Shown piece after piece: positions 36,586 through 47,014 of a DNA stretch of 64,000 nt. The stretch is from an uncultured bacterium (GTDB lineage Bacteria; Patescibacteriota; Minisyncoccia; Phycocordibacterales; CAIRYW01). The position numbers and the translations under genes were made by a program. The number at the start of each line of letters is the position of its first letter. The stretch's first letter is position 1. Where the stretch lies: positions 22,014 through 86,013 of the forward strand of contig CAVYBO010000002.1 in NCBI GenBank assembly GCA_963766885.1. The letters run 5' to 3'. Below the pieces are notes generated by a model. The model had not been told where the DNA came from. It searched no databases and worked only from the letters and a program-made list of their open reading frames with translations.

Positions 36586-37702
36586 GTTTTAGGGCGGTAT
36601 TAATAATTTGCTCTGCAATAACATAAGCCGCATCTGTCTTAGCAAAGGCAAGCGCTGCTTCGCGCATTTTTTTTAACTTTTCTGGATTGGATATAATTTT
36701 TTTGATCTGATCTGTTAATATTTCTGGCGTCAGGTTGTTTTCTTCAATTACCAAAGCTGCTCCTGAGCGGGCATAGTTGTAAGAATTTTTTCGTTGGTGG
36801 TCACCGTTTGAATCTGTTATGGGAATAATAATTGATGGCACTCCCCACGCCGCTATTTCAAAAATCATTGACCCGCCTCGCGATATTACTAAATCGGCAA
36901 TTCCTGCAGACATTCTCTCTGCCAAGGAGTTCATATAATCAAAAGGATGATATCTTTTTTCCAAGGGATTATTTTGCAATATTACAGAGGCTGTGTTTTT
37001 AATATCTTCAAAATTCGCTTTCCCTGTTTGATGGATGATTTGGTAATCATTAAGAAGTTGTGGCAGACATTCTAAAATTTCATCGTTGATTCGTTTAGAC
37101 CCGATTGAGCCGCCAAAAATCAGGATAACTGGGACATTAGATTCAAGGTTCAGATATTCTGTTGCCCCGTCTCTGATGGGGTTGAGTATTTCTTGCCTTA
37201 TAGGATTTCCTGTCCACGCAATTTTTGATTTTTCAAAAAATTCTCCTGCCTCTGGAAATGATAAAGCGATTTTCTTAGCAAATTTGGCAGCATACAGATT
37301 AGCCCTGCCTGGTATTGAATCGCTTTCGTGAACGATTATTGGTATGCCAAGAATTTTTCCAGCTGCCACAACAGGTAAGCTCATCAATCCTCCTTTGCTG
37401 AAAATAACATCCGGATATATTGAATATACTTTAAAAAAAGTTGATATAAATCCGAACGCAGTTTTGATTATGTCAAAGACGTTTTGTATTGAGAAATACC
37501 TTCTAATTTTACCAGCGCTGATTTTTTCAAATTCAATTTCATCATTAAAAAGTAGTGCCCTATCATACGGATCCGACGCAAGATAAAAAAGCTTTGGCTG
37601 TATGATCTTTCTCTTTATAGCTGTGTCTCTGACCGCCTCGGCAACCGCAATGATTGGATAAAAATGTCCGCCGCTTCCACCGCCGCAAAATATTATTTTC
37701 AT
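36572..37702 (-). CDS. murG: UDP-GlcNAc:undecaprenyl-PP-MurNAc-pentapeptide GlcNAc transferase MurG
   Basis: 376 aa; MKIIFCGGGSGGHFYP glycine loop, GT28 family. Confidence 0.85.
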   Translation of the reverse strand: MKIIFCGGGSGGHFYPIIAVAEAVRDTAIKRKIIQPKLFYLASDPYDRALLFNDEIEFEKISAGKIRRYFSIQNVFDIIKTAFGFISTFFKVYSIYPDVIFSKGGLMSLPVVAAGKILGIPIIVHESDSIPGRANLYAAKFAKKIALSFPEAGEFFEKSKIAWTGNPIRQEILNPIRDGATEYLNLESNVPVILIFGGSIGSKRINDEILECLPQLLNDYQIIHQTGKANFEDIKNTASVILQNNPLEKRYHPFDYMNSLAERMSAGIADLVISRGGSMIFEIAAWGVPSIIIPITDSNGDHQRKNSYNYARSGAALVIEENNLTPEILTDQIKKIISNPEKLKKMREAALAFAKTDAAYVIAEQIINTALKHERQ

Positions 37703-38796
37703 CTTGTTTTTTTATTTCTAGAAATATTTAAGATAATTCCTGACTCGGCAAGGCCTGTTAAAAGCGCCGTCCCTCCCTGGCTTATAAAAAGCAGAGGTGT
37801 TCCAGAAAGAGGAATAATTCCGAGCATTGAAGCTATATTTGAAAATGATCCCGACACAATAAGTATAACAATACCAACAGCAAGCAGTCTACCGAACATA
37901 TCTGCGCTGTTGGAGGCTATTTTTAATCCACTTAAGGAAAAGGTTACAAAAAGTAAGACTATAGTGACGCTTCCAAGGAAGCCAAATTCTTCACTCGCAA
38001 CCGCATAAATTGAGTCACTGAAAGGTTCCGGAAGAAATCCGAACTTTTGGGTGCTTTGACCAAAACCTTTTCCAAATATACCCCCAGAACCAATTGCTAT
38101 TAAAGATTGCTGGATTTGATAGCTTGAAGTCTGTGATTGCTCGGATGGGTGGAGATAGGTCATTATTCTGGCGCGTACATAAGGTCTTGTGGCAACGATG
38201 CCCCCCACAGTCAAAAGGGCAACCAAAAATAATAAGGCCACATGTTTCATTTTTGCTCCTGCCACAATAAAAATTGCCAAGCCTGCCGCAGCAGTAATAA
38301 AAAAAGTATCATTATCCGGTTCAAGTAAAAGCAATACCGCTACAATCACTGTAATTATAAGGTACGGTTTCAGACCATATTTTAAGGTACTGGCTTTCTC
38401 CCTTCCTTTGGAAAAAAAGGCAGATAGATACATAACATAACTAATTTTAAGAAGTTCGCTTGGTTGGAAACTCCAGTTTCCGAAACCAATCCATCGGGAA
38501 GCGTTATTCCTAGATATTCCTATGTGCGGAACCAATACTAAGCCGCACAGAATTACTGAAATTGTAAAAAAATAAAACGCAAGTTTTTTCCAAAGTTTGT
38601 ATGGGATATAAGAGGCTATGAAAAACGCAATCATACCCAAAACAAAACCCAGAACAATTTGATTTAAAGTTATTGAAACGAATGCAGATTCGCTTTTGGC
38701 GAGAATTCCAAGCGATGCTGATGAAAATATCAGAATACCGGCAACACTTAAGGCAATAACCGTAATCAAAAAGACTTTTTGTGATGTGGTTTTCAT
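37699..38796 (-). CDS. ftsW: SEDS-family peptidoglycan polymerase FtsW
   Basis: 365 aa, 10 TM; between mraY and murG. Confidence 0.8.
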   Translation of the reverse strand: MKTTSQKVFLITVIALSVAGILIFSSASLGILAKSESAFVSITLNQIVLGFVLGMIAFFIASYIPYKLWKKLAFYFFTISVILCGLVLVPHIGISRNNASRWIGFGNWSFQPSELLKISYVMYLSAFFSKGREKASTLKYGLKPYLIITVIVAVLLLLEPDNDTFFITAAAGLAIFIVAGAKMKHVALLFLVALLTVGGIVATRPYVRARIMTYLHPSEQSQTSSYQIQQSLIAIGSGGIFGKGFGQSTQKFGFLPEPFSDSIYAVASEEFGFLGSVTIVLLFVTFSLSGLKIASNSADMFGRLLAVGIVILIVSGSFSNIASMLGIIPLSGTPLLFISQGGTALLTGLAESGIILNISRNKKTR

Positions 38797-39872
38797 TATA
38801 ATTTACTTGCAATGATTGCTAAACAGAATCCTAAGACCCCAAAAATAATTGATATTATCCAATATCTCATTGTCACTTTGTATGCAGGCCAGCCTTGAGC
38901 TTCAAAATGATGATGAAGCGGCGCAACTAAAAAAACTTTCTTATGAAAACACTTCTTAGAAAACATTTGAATAATATCTGACATAGAAGTAATGACTAGC
39001 GGTAGAGCAATGAACGGAAGCACAATAAGTCCGTAGCCATTTGGAACTTTATCTGTCATAAAAGCGACTACTGTGAGAGTCATTGTTAGGGCCATAGTGC
39101 CTGTTTCAGACATATAAAACCTGGCGGGTGGAATGTTAAACCACAGAAATGCCAAAATTCCTCCGACTACCACGCTGCAAAATGCCGCAAGATCAATCTG
39201 GCTGTGGACAAACGCCAGGGCGCCATAAACTGAAAAAGAAACTGCAAACACACCTCCGGCCAAACCATCGATACCATCAATCACTCCGCCAGAATATATA
39301 AAAAGCATTATCAGTGCAAACACAGGAACAATCCAGGGGCCAATATAAATTTGATGTATTAAAGGAACTTCTATTGATACGACTCCTAATTTTATGTAAA
39401 ACCAAAATCCGCAAAGTAACCCAACCAGGCAAACAACAAGAAGTCTTTTTCTAAGCGATAATCCGCCTTTGATACTTCCTTTTCCAGCAATTTCCAAAAT
39501 GTCGTCAATCATTCCAATAATTGCTCCTATAAAAAGTGTTGCTAGTGGAATCCAAGTTTGGTTTCTGCTTATAAAGTCAAGACGCTCGGCGCTTCCCGGA
39601 ACAATTTTTGCTATTGTCCAAAATGCCAAAGCCACTATTATGGCGCTTGCCCAAATGACAATTCCTCCCAATCGAGGAGTGCTTACTTCCCTGTCTTTAT
39701 GAAGTCCGTTAAAAAGTGTAGTTTCTTGGCCAAAAGCGTCAATTTTACCACTCTTTTTTTTCCAAGCTTTGTATTTATATAAATAGTATGTCAGTACTGG
39801 AGAAATAACAATTCCGACAAAAAATGATCCAGCAAGGGGCAAGAAAACTTTTAATGCATCGCCTAGTATCAT
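38796..39872 (-). CDS. mraY: phospho-N-acetylmuramoyl-pentapeptide transferase MraY
   Basis: 358 aa; IDGIDGLAGG, polyprenyl-phosphate GlcNAc-1-P transferase motifs. Confidence 0.85.
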   Translation of the reverse strand: MILGDALKVFLPLAGSFFVGIVISPVLTYYLYKYKAWKKKSGKIDAFGQETTLFNGLHKDREVSTPRLGGIVIWASAIIVALAFWTIAKIVPGSAERLDFISRNQTWIPLATLFIGAIIGMIDDILEIAGKGSIKGGLSLRKRLLVVCLVGLLCGFWFYIKLGVVSIEVPLIHQIYIGPWIVPVFALIMLFIYSGGVIDGIDGLAGGVFAVSFSVYGALAFVHSQIDLAAFCSVVVGGILAFLWFNIPPARFYMSETGTMALTMTLTVVAFMTDKVPNGYGLIVLPFIALPLVITSMSDIIQMFSKKCFHKKVFLVAPLHHHFEAQGWPAYKVTMRYWIISIIFGVLGFCLAIIASKL

Positions 39873-40438
39873 TGTTTTATAGCATCCAAATTTTCTTGTA
39901 ATATTTCTGCAGCAAAATTTTCAGCTTTTGTTCTGAGCGTATCAAATTCAGGAAGCTCTTTCTCGTTTTTTATACCTAAAAATGAAAACAACTCAAATGT
40001 TGGCTGATATAAATTTACTCGGGCATCTTTTGGATCTTCAACTTTTTCTATCAAGCCCCTGGCCTCCAAGTGTCTGACAATAAACTGCGAATTCACTCCA
40101 CGGATGTAATCTATCTCACTTCTTCGAACAGGAGATTTGTACAAAATAATAGTTAGGGTTTCCAGAGCGGCTTTCGATAGCTCCTTTGAAAGCTCTTCCT
40201 TTTGGAGTTTTTCTATTATTTCTGATGCATCAGGAGAAGTCCTTAATTCAACTTTATTTGCATTTCTTATCAAGACAACCCCAAAAGTAAGCCTTTTTTC
40301 TATGCTCTGCATAGATTGCTCTACTTCTGTCTCATTGCAGCCGGCCATTAGAGCAAGTTTTTCTATAGAAACCGGCTCGTTTTTCCAAAACAAAATAGCT
40401 TCAATGGTTTTCTCAAGATTTTCCGAAGTAGTGTCCAT
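39869..40438 (-). CDS. scpB: segregation and condensation protein B
   Basis: IEAILFWKNEPVSIEKLA, winged-helix repeats. Confidence 0.8.
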   Translation of the reverse strand: MDTTSENLEKTIEAILFWKNEPVSIEKLALMAGCNETEVEQSMQSIEKRLTFGVVLIRNANKVELRTSPDASEIIEKLQKEELSKELSKAALETLTIILYKSPVRRSEIDYIRGVNSQFIVRHLEARGLIEKVEDPKDARVNLYQPTFELFSFLGIKNEKELPEFDTLRTKAENFAAEILQENLDAIKQ

Positions 40439-40493
40439 TTAGCTATTTTAGCCTTTTTTGGCCTAAATTTCAAAGGAAATCTTACCTAGATTG

Positions 40494-41231
40494 TTAGTTA
40501 TATTGCGGAATATCTACCTTAGAATTTTGAATTTCGATATTTCCAAAAGTTGAGTCTTGTTTAACATCCAATATCCCCTGTTTGAAAAGCTCAAGCATCG
40601 CCAAAAAACCCACTATGGTTTCAATTTTTTGCTCCCTGCTTGCCGCTTTGCCTCCCGAAAAATCTTTGAAGCTCATTTTAAGAGTTTTCTGAATTCTTTC
40701 TGTTAGGCGTTCAATCATTTCCTCAATTGAAATGATTTTTTTAATCATCACTTTTGGCTCCATTGTTTTGACTGGAATTCTTCCGACAACATCTTTCATA
40801 GACGCGTACAGGGACTCTATTGTAATTTTTTGATGAGGAGAAAATATTACGTTCGAGTCCTTTCTAAAGATTTTTTCAAAAAGGATTTTTCTCCCGTAAG
40901 ATTTTTTTATCGTTTCTCCAAGTTCTTTTATTTTTTGATAAATTTTAAGTCTATCTTCCAAATCTGCAATGTTTTGCTCTTCTTCATCAGAGAGTGTTAA
41001 TCCTGGCAAAAGCGAGCGGGATTTGATAAGAAGCAGTGTGGAAGCTATAACAATAAATTCTGCTCTGTCCCCTATTGCGTTTTCATTTATTAATTTTATA
41101 TACTCTAAATAACCATCAGTAATTTTGGCGAGCGAAATTTCATTTATTAAAAGTTTTCTTTTTTCAATAAGCGAAAGAAGTAAATCGAGTGGTCCTTCGA
41201 ACACTTCTGTTTTGATTTTGAACTCTGGCAT
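40494..41231 (-). CDS. scpA: segregation and condensation protein A
   Basis: FEGPLDLLLSLIEKRKL kleisin N-term. Confidence 0.8.
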   Translation of the reverse strand: MPEFKIKTEVFEGPLDLLLSLIEKRKLLINEISLAKITDGYLEYIKLINENAIGDRAEFIVIASTLLLIKSRSLLPGLTLSDEEEQNIADLEDRLKIYQKIKELGETIKKSYGRKILFEKIFRKDSNVIFSPHQKITIESLYASMKDVVGRIPVKTMEPKVMIKKIISIEEMIERLTERIQKTLKMSFKDFSGGKAASREQKIETIVGFLAMLELFKQGILDVKQDSTFGNIEIQNSKVDIPQYN

Positions 41232-42559
41232 TATGAAGATAGTAGACTATCGATTCTATTAAGATCGCGAGGAAAATCGGTAGCCTCTCTAATATTTGGT
41301 AGATTAAGCATCCTTGCTGTTAATCTTTCAAGGCCTGTTGAGCACCCTCCATGCGGGGGTAAACCATATTTAAATGCCTGGAGATAGAACGAAAACTTTT
41401 TCTCATCCAATCCCCTTTCTTTCATTCTGGCAATTAGTTCTTCATACTTATGAATACGCTGACTACCGCTATTTATTTCTAAGCCCCTGAATAATAAGTC
41501 AAAACTTTTTGAATATATCGGATCAGTTTCATCGGCATAAGTATAAAATGCTCTTTTTTTTGTTGGGTAATGCGTAATAAATACAAAATCAGATTTTTTT
41601 TTTTTAAGCGCCCATTCGCAGATTTGTCGCTCATCTTCCGGTGACATGTCGGTGGTATCTTCAATTTTTCTATTGAATTCCCTTTCAATAATTTCTTGCG
41701 CCTCCGAAAGTTTTAAAATTGGAAATTTTTCTCCTATTGACGGTAAATTTGTGTTGAATCTAGAAAACATATCTTTATGTTTTATTTCAACTACCTTCAC
41801 AACATTACGAATTACTTCTTCCAAAACTGCCATAATATCCAAGTGGTCTTTAATAAAACCCATTTCAAAATCCATTTGAGTCAATTCGCTTAAATGTCTT
41901 GGGGTTGCATGTTTTTCAGCACGGAAGATTTTTGCTACAGTAAAAACTTTTTCAAAAGGGCCAACCATAATCTGTTTGTAAAGCTGAGGGCTTGTAGCAA
42001 GATAGGCGGTTTGATCGTAAAAATAGTTTACCTTAAATGCCGATGCTCCACCTTCCGCATCTCCACCGACTAATGCTGGTGCTTGGAATTCAGTAAAACC
42101 ATTTTTTTGTAAAGATTCTCTATATGTTTGAACTAGTGTTGCCTGTAGGTTAAAAACATCTCGGGCTTTGTTTGAACGTAGTGTGAGTGGAAGATAATCA
42201 AGATAAGTATCAAGATTCACTTCAGTATTTTTTTCAAACGGCAGTTCTTTTGCTTCGGATAAAACATTTATTTTCAAAATTTCAAGTTCGATATCACCAT
42301 TTTGTTTTTCAGCTTGAATATTTTTTTCTGGCCTTTGATTTACTTTACCTGTTATTTCAACTACCCATTCTGGTCGGAGCACTTTTGCAGTTTCCATTGC
42401 ATCACTTTTTGGCAATACAACGCCTTGGACATATCCGGACATATCGCGAAAATCAAAAAAAACCATTTTGCCCTGGTCTCGCCGTACGTCAACCCATCCT
42501 TTGATCAAGACTTCTTTTCCTACGTGATTTTTTAAATCTTTTATGTATGTCCTTTCCAT
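41231..42559 (-). CDS. aspS: class IIb aspartyl-tRNA synthetase (archaeal/eukaryal-type, likely non-discriminating; AsnRS not excluded)
   Basis: 442 aa; OB-fold N-term, SPQLYKQ, FRAE...RHLSELTQMDFEM, GGCSTGLERL. Confidence 0.75.
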   Translation of the reverse strand: MERTYIKDLKNHVGKEVLIKGWVDVRRDQGKMVFFDFRDMSGYVQGVVLPKSDAMETAKVLRPEWVVEITGKVNQRPEKNIQAEKQNGDIELEILKINVLSEAKELPFEKNTEVNLDTYLDYLPLTLRSNKARDVFNLQATLVQTYRESLQKNGFTEFQAPALVGGDAEGGASAFKVNYFYDQTAYLATSPQLYKQIMVGPFEKVFTVAKIFRAEKHATPRHLSELTQMDFEMGFIKDHLDIMAVLEEVIRNVVKVVEIKHKDMFSRFNTNLPSIGEKFPILKLSEAQEIIEREFNRKIEDTTDMSPEDERQICEWALKKKKSDFVFITHYPTKKRAFYTYADETDPIYSKSFDLLFRGLEINSGSQRIHKYEELIARMKERGLDEKKFSFYLQAFKYGLPPHGGCSTGLERLTARMLNLPNIREATDFPRDLNRIDSLLSS

Positions 42560-42560
42560 A

Positions 42561-43505
42561 TTAATTGACGCCTATTTTTATCTTTACATCTTCCAGTTTT
42601 GCCTTGGAAATTTTTCCTGCCTCGATTCTGCCTTTTTCCAAAACTTCTTTGACAAGCTTTTCATCTTTTTCTATTTCAGCTCTTCTCTTTCTCATCGGTG
42701 AAAAATAATTTATTATGTCCTCGGCCAGAATGTCTTTGAGCTCCTTGTATCTGCCTTTTTTGTCGGTATAAATTTTCTGCAACTCAGATTCGCTTCGAAA
42801 AAGCTTATGTATATTATAGACAATTTGGGGAGTCTCTGCCGATGAATCAGTAACGATAGACATCACTTTGGATCTGATTTCTTCATCCGCGTCAAAGATT
42901 CCAATATGATTATTGTAGCTTTTGCTCATTTTTCTACCATCAATCCCTGGCACGTTGCCCACACTTTCTAAAATCTTTTCTGTTGGCAGTTTAAAAGTTT
43001 CTCCGTACGCGCTGTTAAACTTTTGAGCAATATCCCTTGTATATTCCACATGCTGTTTTTGGTCGGCACCCACTGGAACAATATCTGGATCATAAAGCAA
43101 AATATCAGACGCCATAAGTACAGGATAATTGAATGTGCCGACATTTACTTCTCGGCCTTTTGCTTCAGCGTCTTTGTATGCGTGAGCGCGCATCAAAAAA
43201 GGCACACTGACCAATGTATCAAAAATCCAAGTTAATTCGGTGTGTTCTGAGATATCTGACTGCTTAAAAATTATTGTTCTTTTTGGATCAAGTCCTACCG
43301 CTAAATAATCAATGATTATTTCCCTAGTAAACTTGCGCATTTCATCTGCATTGCGGATTGTGTTTAATGCGTGATAATCAACCACTAACGCAAATACTTC
43401 GTGATCTTTCTGCATATCCACAAGCTGCTTCATCATGCCGAAGTAATTCCCTATATGAGGGCTTCCTGTCGGTTTGATTCCTGATAGAAGGCGTTTTTTG
43501 GGCAT
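42561..43505 (-). CDS. trpS: tryptophanyl-tRNA synthetase
   Basis: 314 aa; PHIGNYFG (HIGH), KMSKS. Confidence 0.9.
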   Translation of the reverse strand: MPKKRLLSGIKPTGSPHIGNYFGMMKQLVDMQKDHEVFALVVDYHALNTIRNADEMRKFTREIIIDYLAVGLDPKRTIIFKQSDISEHTELTWIFDTLVSVPFLMRAHAYKDAEAKGREVNVGTFNYPVLMASDILLYDPDIVPVGADQKQHVEYTRDIAQKFNSAYGETFKLPTEKILESVGNVPGIDGRKMSKSYNNHIGIFDADEEIRSKVMSIVTDSSAETPQIVYNIHKLFRSESELQKIYTDKKGRYKELKDILAEDIINYFSPMRKRRAEIEKDEKLVKEVLEKGRIEAGKISKAKLEDVKIKIGVN

Positions 43506-43572
43506 ATTAATTTAATATGAAGATAATAGCAAAAAGAATCAAAATTTAACAATCGGCGCAAAAATTCTAAAT

Positions 43573-44268
43573 TTACATACTTAAGGCGGGTTCGCTGCTC
43601 TGAATTACATTTTCCGGAATTGTAAAGACAACCATACTTATAAGTATTCCAATAAAAACAAGCGTCATTCCGATGATGATATTTATCTGATTGTTAGAAA
43701 ACCCAAAAAGCGCCGCTATGCCGTCCAAGATTCCGTTTGCACAAAGCATGTACATTCGTTTTTTTAATGGGATTTCTTTTAGGAGGTGGGCCACTCTTCC
43801 AAAAAGCCACGCCCAGTACATTCCATACACAAATCCTGAGCCCGAAAGCAACACAGACGTCACAGGATTGAAATTCCAAATTACTCCAACCGTATGCACT
43901 ATCGGGTTTGCCAGGTTTGCAATCTGAAAGCCTACGGCTATTATAGCGATGATAAATGTTAGCATGTCAAAAAAAAGCAAATGTTTTTTGAAAAACTTAT
44001 CTGTTACCAATATTTGGACTCGAAAGCACGAGACTATGATTCCAAAGACACTTATATTTGAAAGCACATTCCCCCATGCCGCTACGCGCAAACCCATTCC
44101 AGAGAGAATTGGAACTGAATCAAAAAAACACATAAAAAAAGTAAACAAGAAAATAGTACTGTAGTAAAAAATAAAATCGTTATCGTTCTTTTTGTGCAAA
44201 TGCAAAAAAAATAAAAACATATAGAAAGAAACCAGACTGCAAAAGAAATAAATGTAAACCGATATCAT
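43573..44268 (-). CDS. polytopic membrane hypothetical protein
   Basis: 231 aa, about 7 TM helices. Confidence 0.4.
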   Translation of the reverse strand: MISVYIYFFCSLVSFYMFLFFLHLHKKNDNDFIFYYSTIFLFTFFMCFFDSVPILSGMGLRVAAWGNVLSNISVFGIIVSCFRVQILVTDKFFKKHLLFFDMLTFIIAIIAVGFQIANLANPIVHTVGVIWNFNPVTSVLLSGSGFVYGMYWAWLFGRVAHLLKEIPLKKRMYMLCANGILDGIAALFGFSNNQINIIIGMTLVFIGILISMVVFTIPENVIQSSEPALSM

Positions 44269-44278
44269 TACTTTTAAA

Positions 44279-45952
44279 TTATAAGCTTTTTGCGAAATCT
44301 TTCACAGTGCCTCCGACCTTTGGGTTATTGTCTTTGAGACAGAGCTCAATTATAAAGGTTGATCCTTTGCCTGCTCCTTCGGATTCTGCCCATATTTTTC
44401 CTCCAGGATGCGCTTCTATTATGTTTTTGGCCACAAAAAGACCAAGTCCAGTACCCATTATGTTGGTTTTTGACGCATCAGGTGCGCGTGAGAATTTTTC
44501 AAAAAGCTTTGGCATCACTTCCTTAGGGATGCCTATACCAGTATCTTGAACATAAATTCTGCATTTCAGGCCATCAATTTTTTCTAAGTGGATGGTAAGA
44601 CCGCCGTTTTTAGTATACTTGGTTGAATTGTCTATAAGATTTGAAATAACTTCCTTTATTTTTCCTTTATCAGCATTTACTAAAAAAGTGTCTGTAGGAA
44701 TTTTGTAATCAAGGGTAAGTCCTGCAAATTTGACGTTTGGAGCAAGTTCTTTGACTACATCATTAACTAGATCCTTCAAATCAAAATCTTGAAAATCGTA
44801 TCGCATCCTTCCCTGCTCGATTCTTGAAACATTCAAATAATCTCCGACAATAATAACAAGTGATTGCGTCGAATCGAACATAATTCTTACAGCTTCTTTG
44901 ATGCCGTCGCTTGCGGGGCCATAATCACCTTCCAGTATGAGTGAAGCGTATCCTTTAATAGCCGCAAGAGGGCCTCGTAGTTGGTGTGTTGCGAATGATA
45001 TAAATTCAGTTTTTTGCTGGTCTAGCTCTTTGAGGCGGTTATTTGCTGATTCAAGATCTCTTGCTAGCAGCTCTATCTTCTCTCTCGTTTGAACCTCTTT
45101 GAGCACTGTTTTAACAAGCAGAATGCTTATGATAAGAATAAGAATAAAAACACTGATTCTTAGAATTATTTCTTCTATTGATGTTGAGTACAAAATTTCA
45201 AGAAAGGAAACAATTGATAGAGTAAATGTAAGCAATGCAGTTCCTGTAACTTTTATATTGAATAATTTGTATCGGATAATCGTAAAAGAAGTAAAAGCTA
45301 TAAAAGGGAAAATAAATAACGCACCGAAAGGAATCAAAGAATTCATATCAAAAAGAGATGGTAAAAGAAAATTAAAAGTTCCAAGAAGAAAAAAAGTTAT
45401 AAGCAGCCCAATAAATATTACAGTAAACTGTTTCTTTTCCTCCTTCTCAGCTTTTTTGGTTTTTTTATACAGAATGTAAAAAGCGGCAACAATATTAAAA
45501 ACAGTAACTATTAGGAATAATAATATCGCAGGACCCTTTGATACGGTGGAAACTTCTCCCGGAGACGCCAGAAATGTTATCTTATCGAAAACAAGAGGAG
45601 TTAGCGTCAGTAGCGAAGTTATTATCACAAGAGGGAAAAGGATAAATTTGAATTTTTTTGAAAAAGTTTTTTCTTCATCTGGAAAAACATACATTAATTC
45701 CAAAAGAGAAAATGCGTGCCATGTAGCAAAAAATATAACCAAACGAAGGCTTAGTAGAATATAAAAAGGCGTAGTGAATTTATAGTTTAGATAATTTACA
45801 ATACCCCAGCAAATTGATATGACTGAAAAAAATACGAATGAGCGATTAGTGATGCTTTTTGGATTACTGAAAAAAACAGTAAAGCCAAGAATTGCGATAC
45901 CAGCTATCGTAATTCCTACCGAAAACAAATCTAGGTTTGATAGTATGTCCAT
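44279..45952 (-). CDS. sensor histidine kinase with about 8-TM N-terminal domain (no cognate response regulator adjacent)
   Basis: HisKA H-box ATHQLRGPL, HATPase N/G boxes (LIDNSTKYT, DTGIGI, GTGLGL). Confidence 0.8.
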   Translation of the reverse strand: MDILSNLDLFSVGITIAGIAILGFTVFFSNPKSITNRSFVFFSVISICWGIVNYLNYKFTTPFYILLSLRLVIFFATWHAFSLLELMYVFPDEEKTFSKKFKFILFPLVIITSLLTLTPLVFDKITFLASPGEVSTVSKGPAILLFLIVTVFNIVAAFYILYKKTKKAEKEEKKQFTVIFIGLLITFFLLGTFNFLLPSLFDMNSLIPFGALFIFPFIAFTSFTIIRYKLFNIKVTGTALLTFTLSIVSFLEILYSTSIEEIILRISVFILILIISILLVKTVLKEVQTREKIELLARDLESANNRLKELDQQKTEFISFATHQLRGPLAAIKGYASLILEGDYGPASDGIKEAVRIMFDSTQSLVIIVGDYLNVSRIEQGRMRYDFQDFDLKDLVNDVVKELAPNVKFAGLTLDYKIPTDTFLVNADKGKIKEVISNLIDNSTKYTKNGGLTIHLEKIDGLKCRIYVQDTGIGIPKEVMPKLFEKFSRAPDASKTNIMGTGLGLFVAKNIIEAHPGGKIWAESEGAGKGSTFIIELCLKDNNPKVGGTVKDFAKSL

Positions 45953-45955
45953 AAA

Positions 45956-47014
45956 CTACTGTAAATAAATTATTTTAGGCTCTAGCCTAAGTGCTCGTGA
46001 TGACGGTTCGTCGCTGAATCCTAATCTGAATAATGCTGGCACAGCCTTATTCTTAACGCCAAATGTTTGCAAGATACTTTCGTAAGCGTCTTTAATTATT
46101 TTTTGATGTTCCGTAGAAAATATTTTCTCGTTACCTTCGTGGATGTTTTTTACTAGGTAAAGCACACCTGTGCAAGGATGGACGCTGATTCCCATTTTTG
46201 TAGCGTTGAGCCACACTTGCTCCATCGCTCTCCCGGCGTTCACGAAATCTTTATCTGATGAACCACTCATACTAATAATTGCTAAAGCGCCTGAAGCAGA
46301 ATATTTTTCAGCATTTTCTTTGACTATTGTATGAGATATCTTTGCAAGACGGTTCAGTAAAGTCAGAATAGTCCAGTTTCTTAATAATTTTACACCTTTT
46401 AATTGATGTGGTAAAAATTCAAGCGTTTTTATATAAAACCCGCCGGCTTTTTTTTGGTCTTCACTATTCCACAAAATATGATCATAAAAGAATTGATGAA
46501 GTTCTTTGTTTTCAAATATTATCTGTTCATTCACGGCTAGGGCTGCGCCCAATGTTTTCATTCTTTCTTGATCGTCTATTATATTGAGTTCCCCGAACCC
46601 GCTATCTTTTGCGACATTCACCAATATATTTTTTTGCTCATCAGAAAGCTTTTGATTTGCATGACTTTTTCTGTTGGTGCAGCGCGCTCCAAGATATTCA
46701 TATAGTGGATCTTTACCAGCCTCAGATTTTTTAAGCGTAATGATAGAAACAAGATTCGGCTCTTCCTTTTTTGGAAAAATATCAACATCTATGCTGTAGC
46801 CATAATTAGCGGCACTGATTAGAATGTTTTCAATGACTGCGCCGTGGGATACATAAGAACCTTTCTGCTTGAAGTTGTATATGGACTTGTCTGACTCTGG
46901 AATATTATAGATACTTATCTTATTTCCTGTCACCACAAATTTCCAAGGCTGGCAGTTCTCTCCCGAAGGAGCAAGTGTGCCATCATAAATTATGTGTTCA
47001 ATATCCTGTTGCAT
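45956..47014 (-). CDS. tandem nitroreductase-like (SagB/Acg-type) FMN oxidoreductase-fold protein
   Basis: 352 aa; APSGENCQPWKF N-terminal nitroreductase signature; two nitroreductase-like halves; start overlaps the stop of the upstream E1-like gene. Confidence 0.6.
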   Translation of the reverse strand: MQQDIEHIIYDGTLAPSGENCQPWKFVVTGNKISIYNIPESDKSIYNFKQKGSYVSHGAVIENILISAANYGYSIDVDIFPKKEEPNLVSIITLKKSEAGKDPLYEYLGARCTNRKSHANQKLSDEQKNILVNVAKDSGFGELNIIDDQERMKTLGAALAVNEQIIFENKELHQFFYDHILWNSEDQKKAGGFYIKTLEFLPHQLKGVKLLRNWTILTLLNRLAKISHTIVKENAEKYSASGALAIISMSGSSDKDFVNAGRAMEQVWLNATKMGISVHPCTGVLYLVKNIHEGNEKIFSTEHQKIIKDAYESILQTFGVKNKAVPALFRLGFSDEPSSRALRLEPKIIYLQ

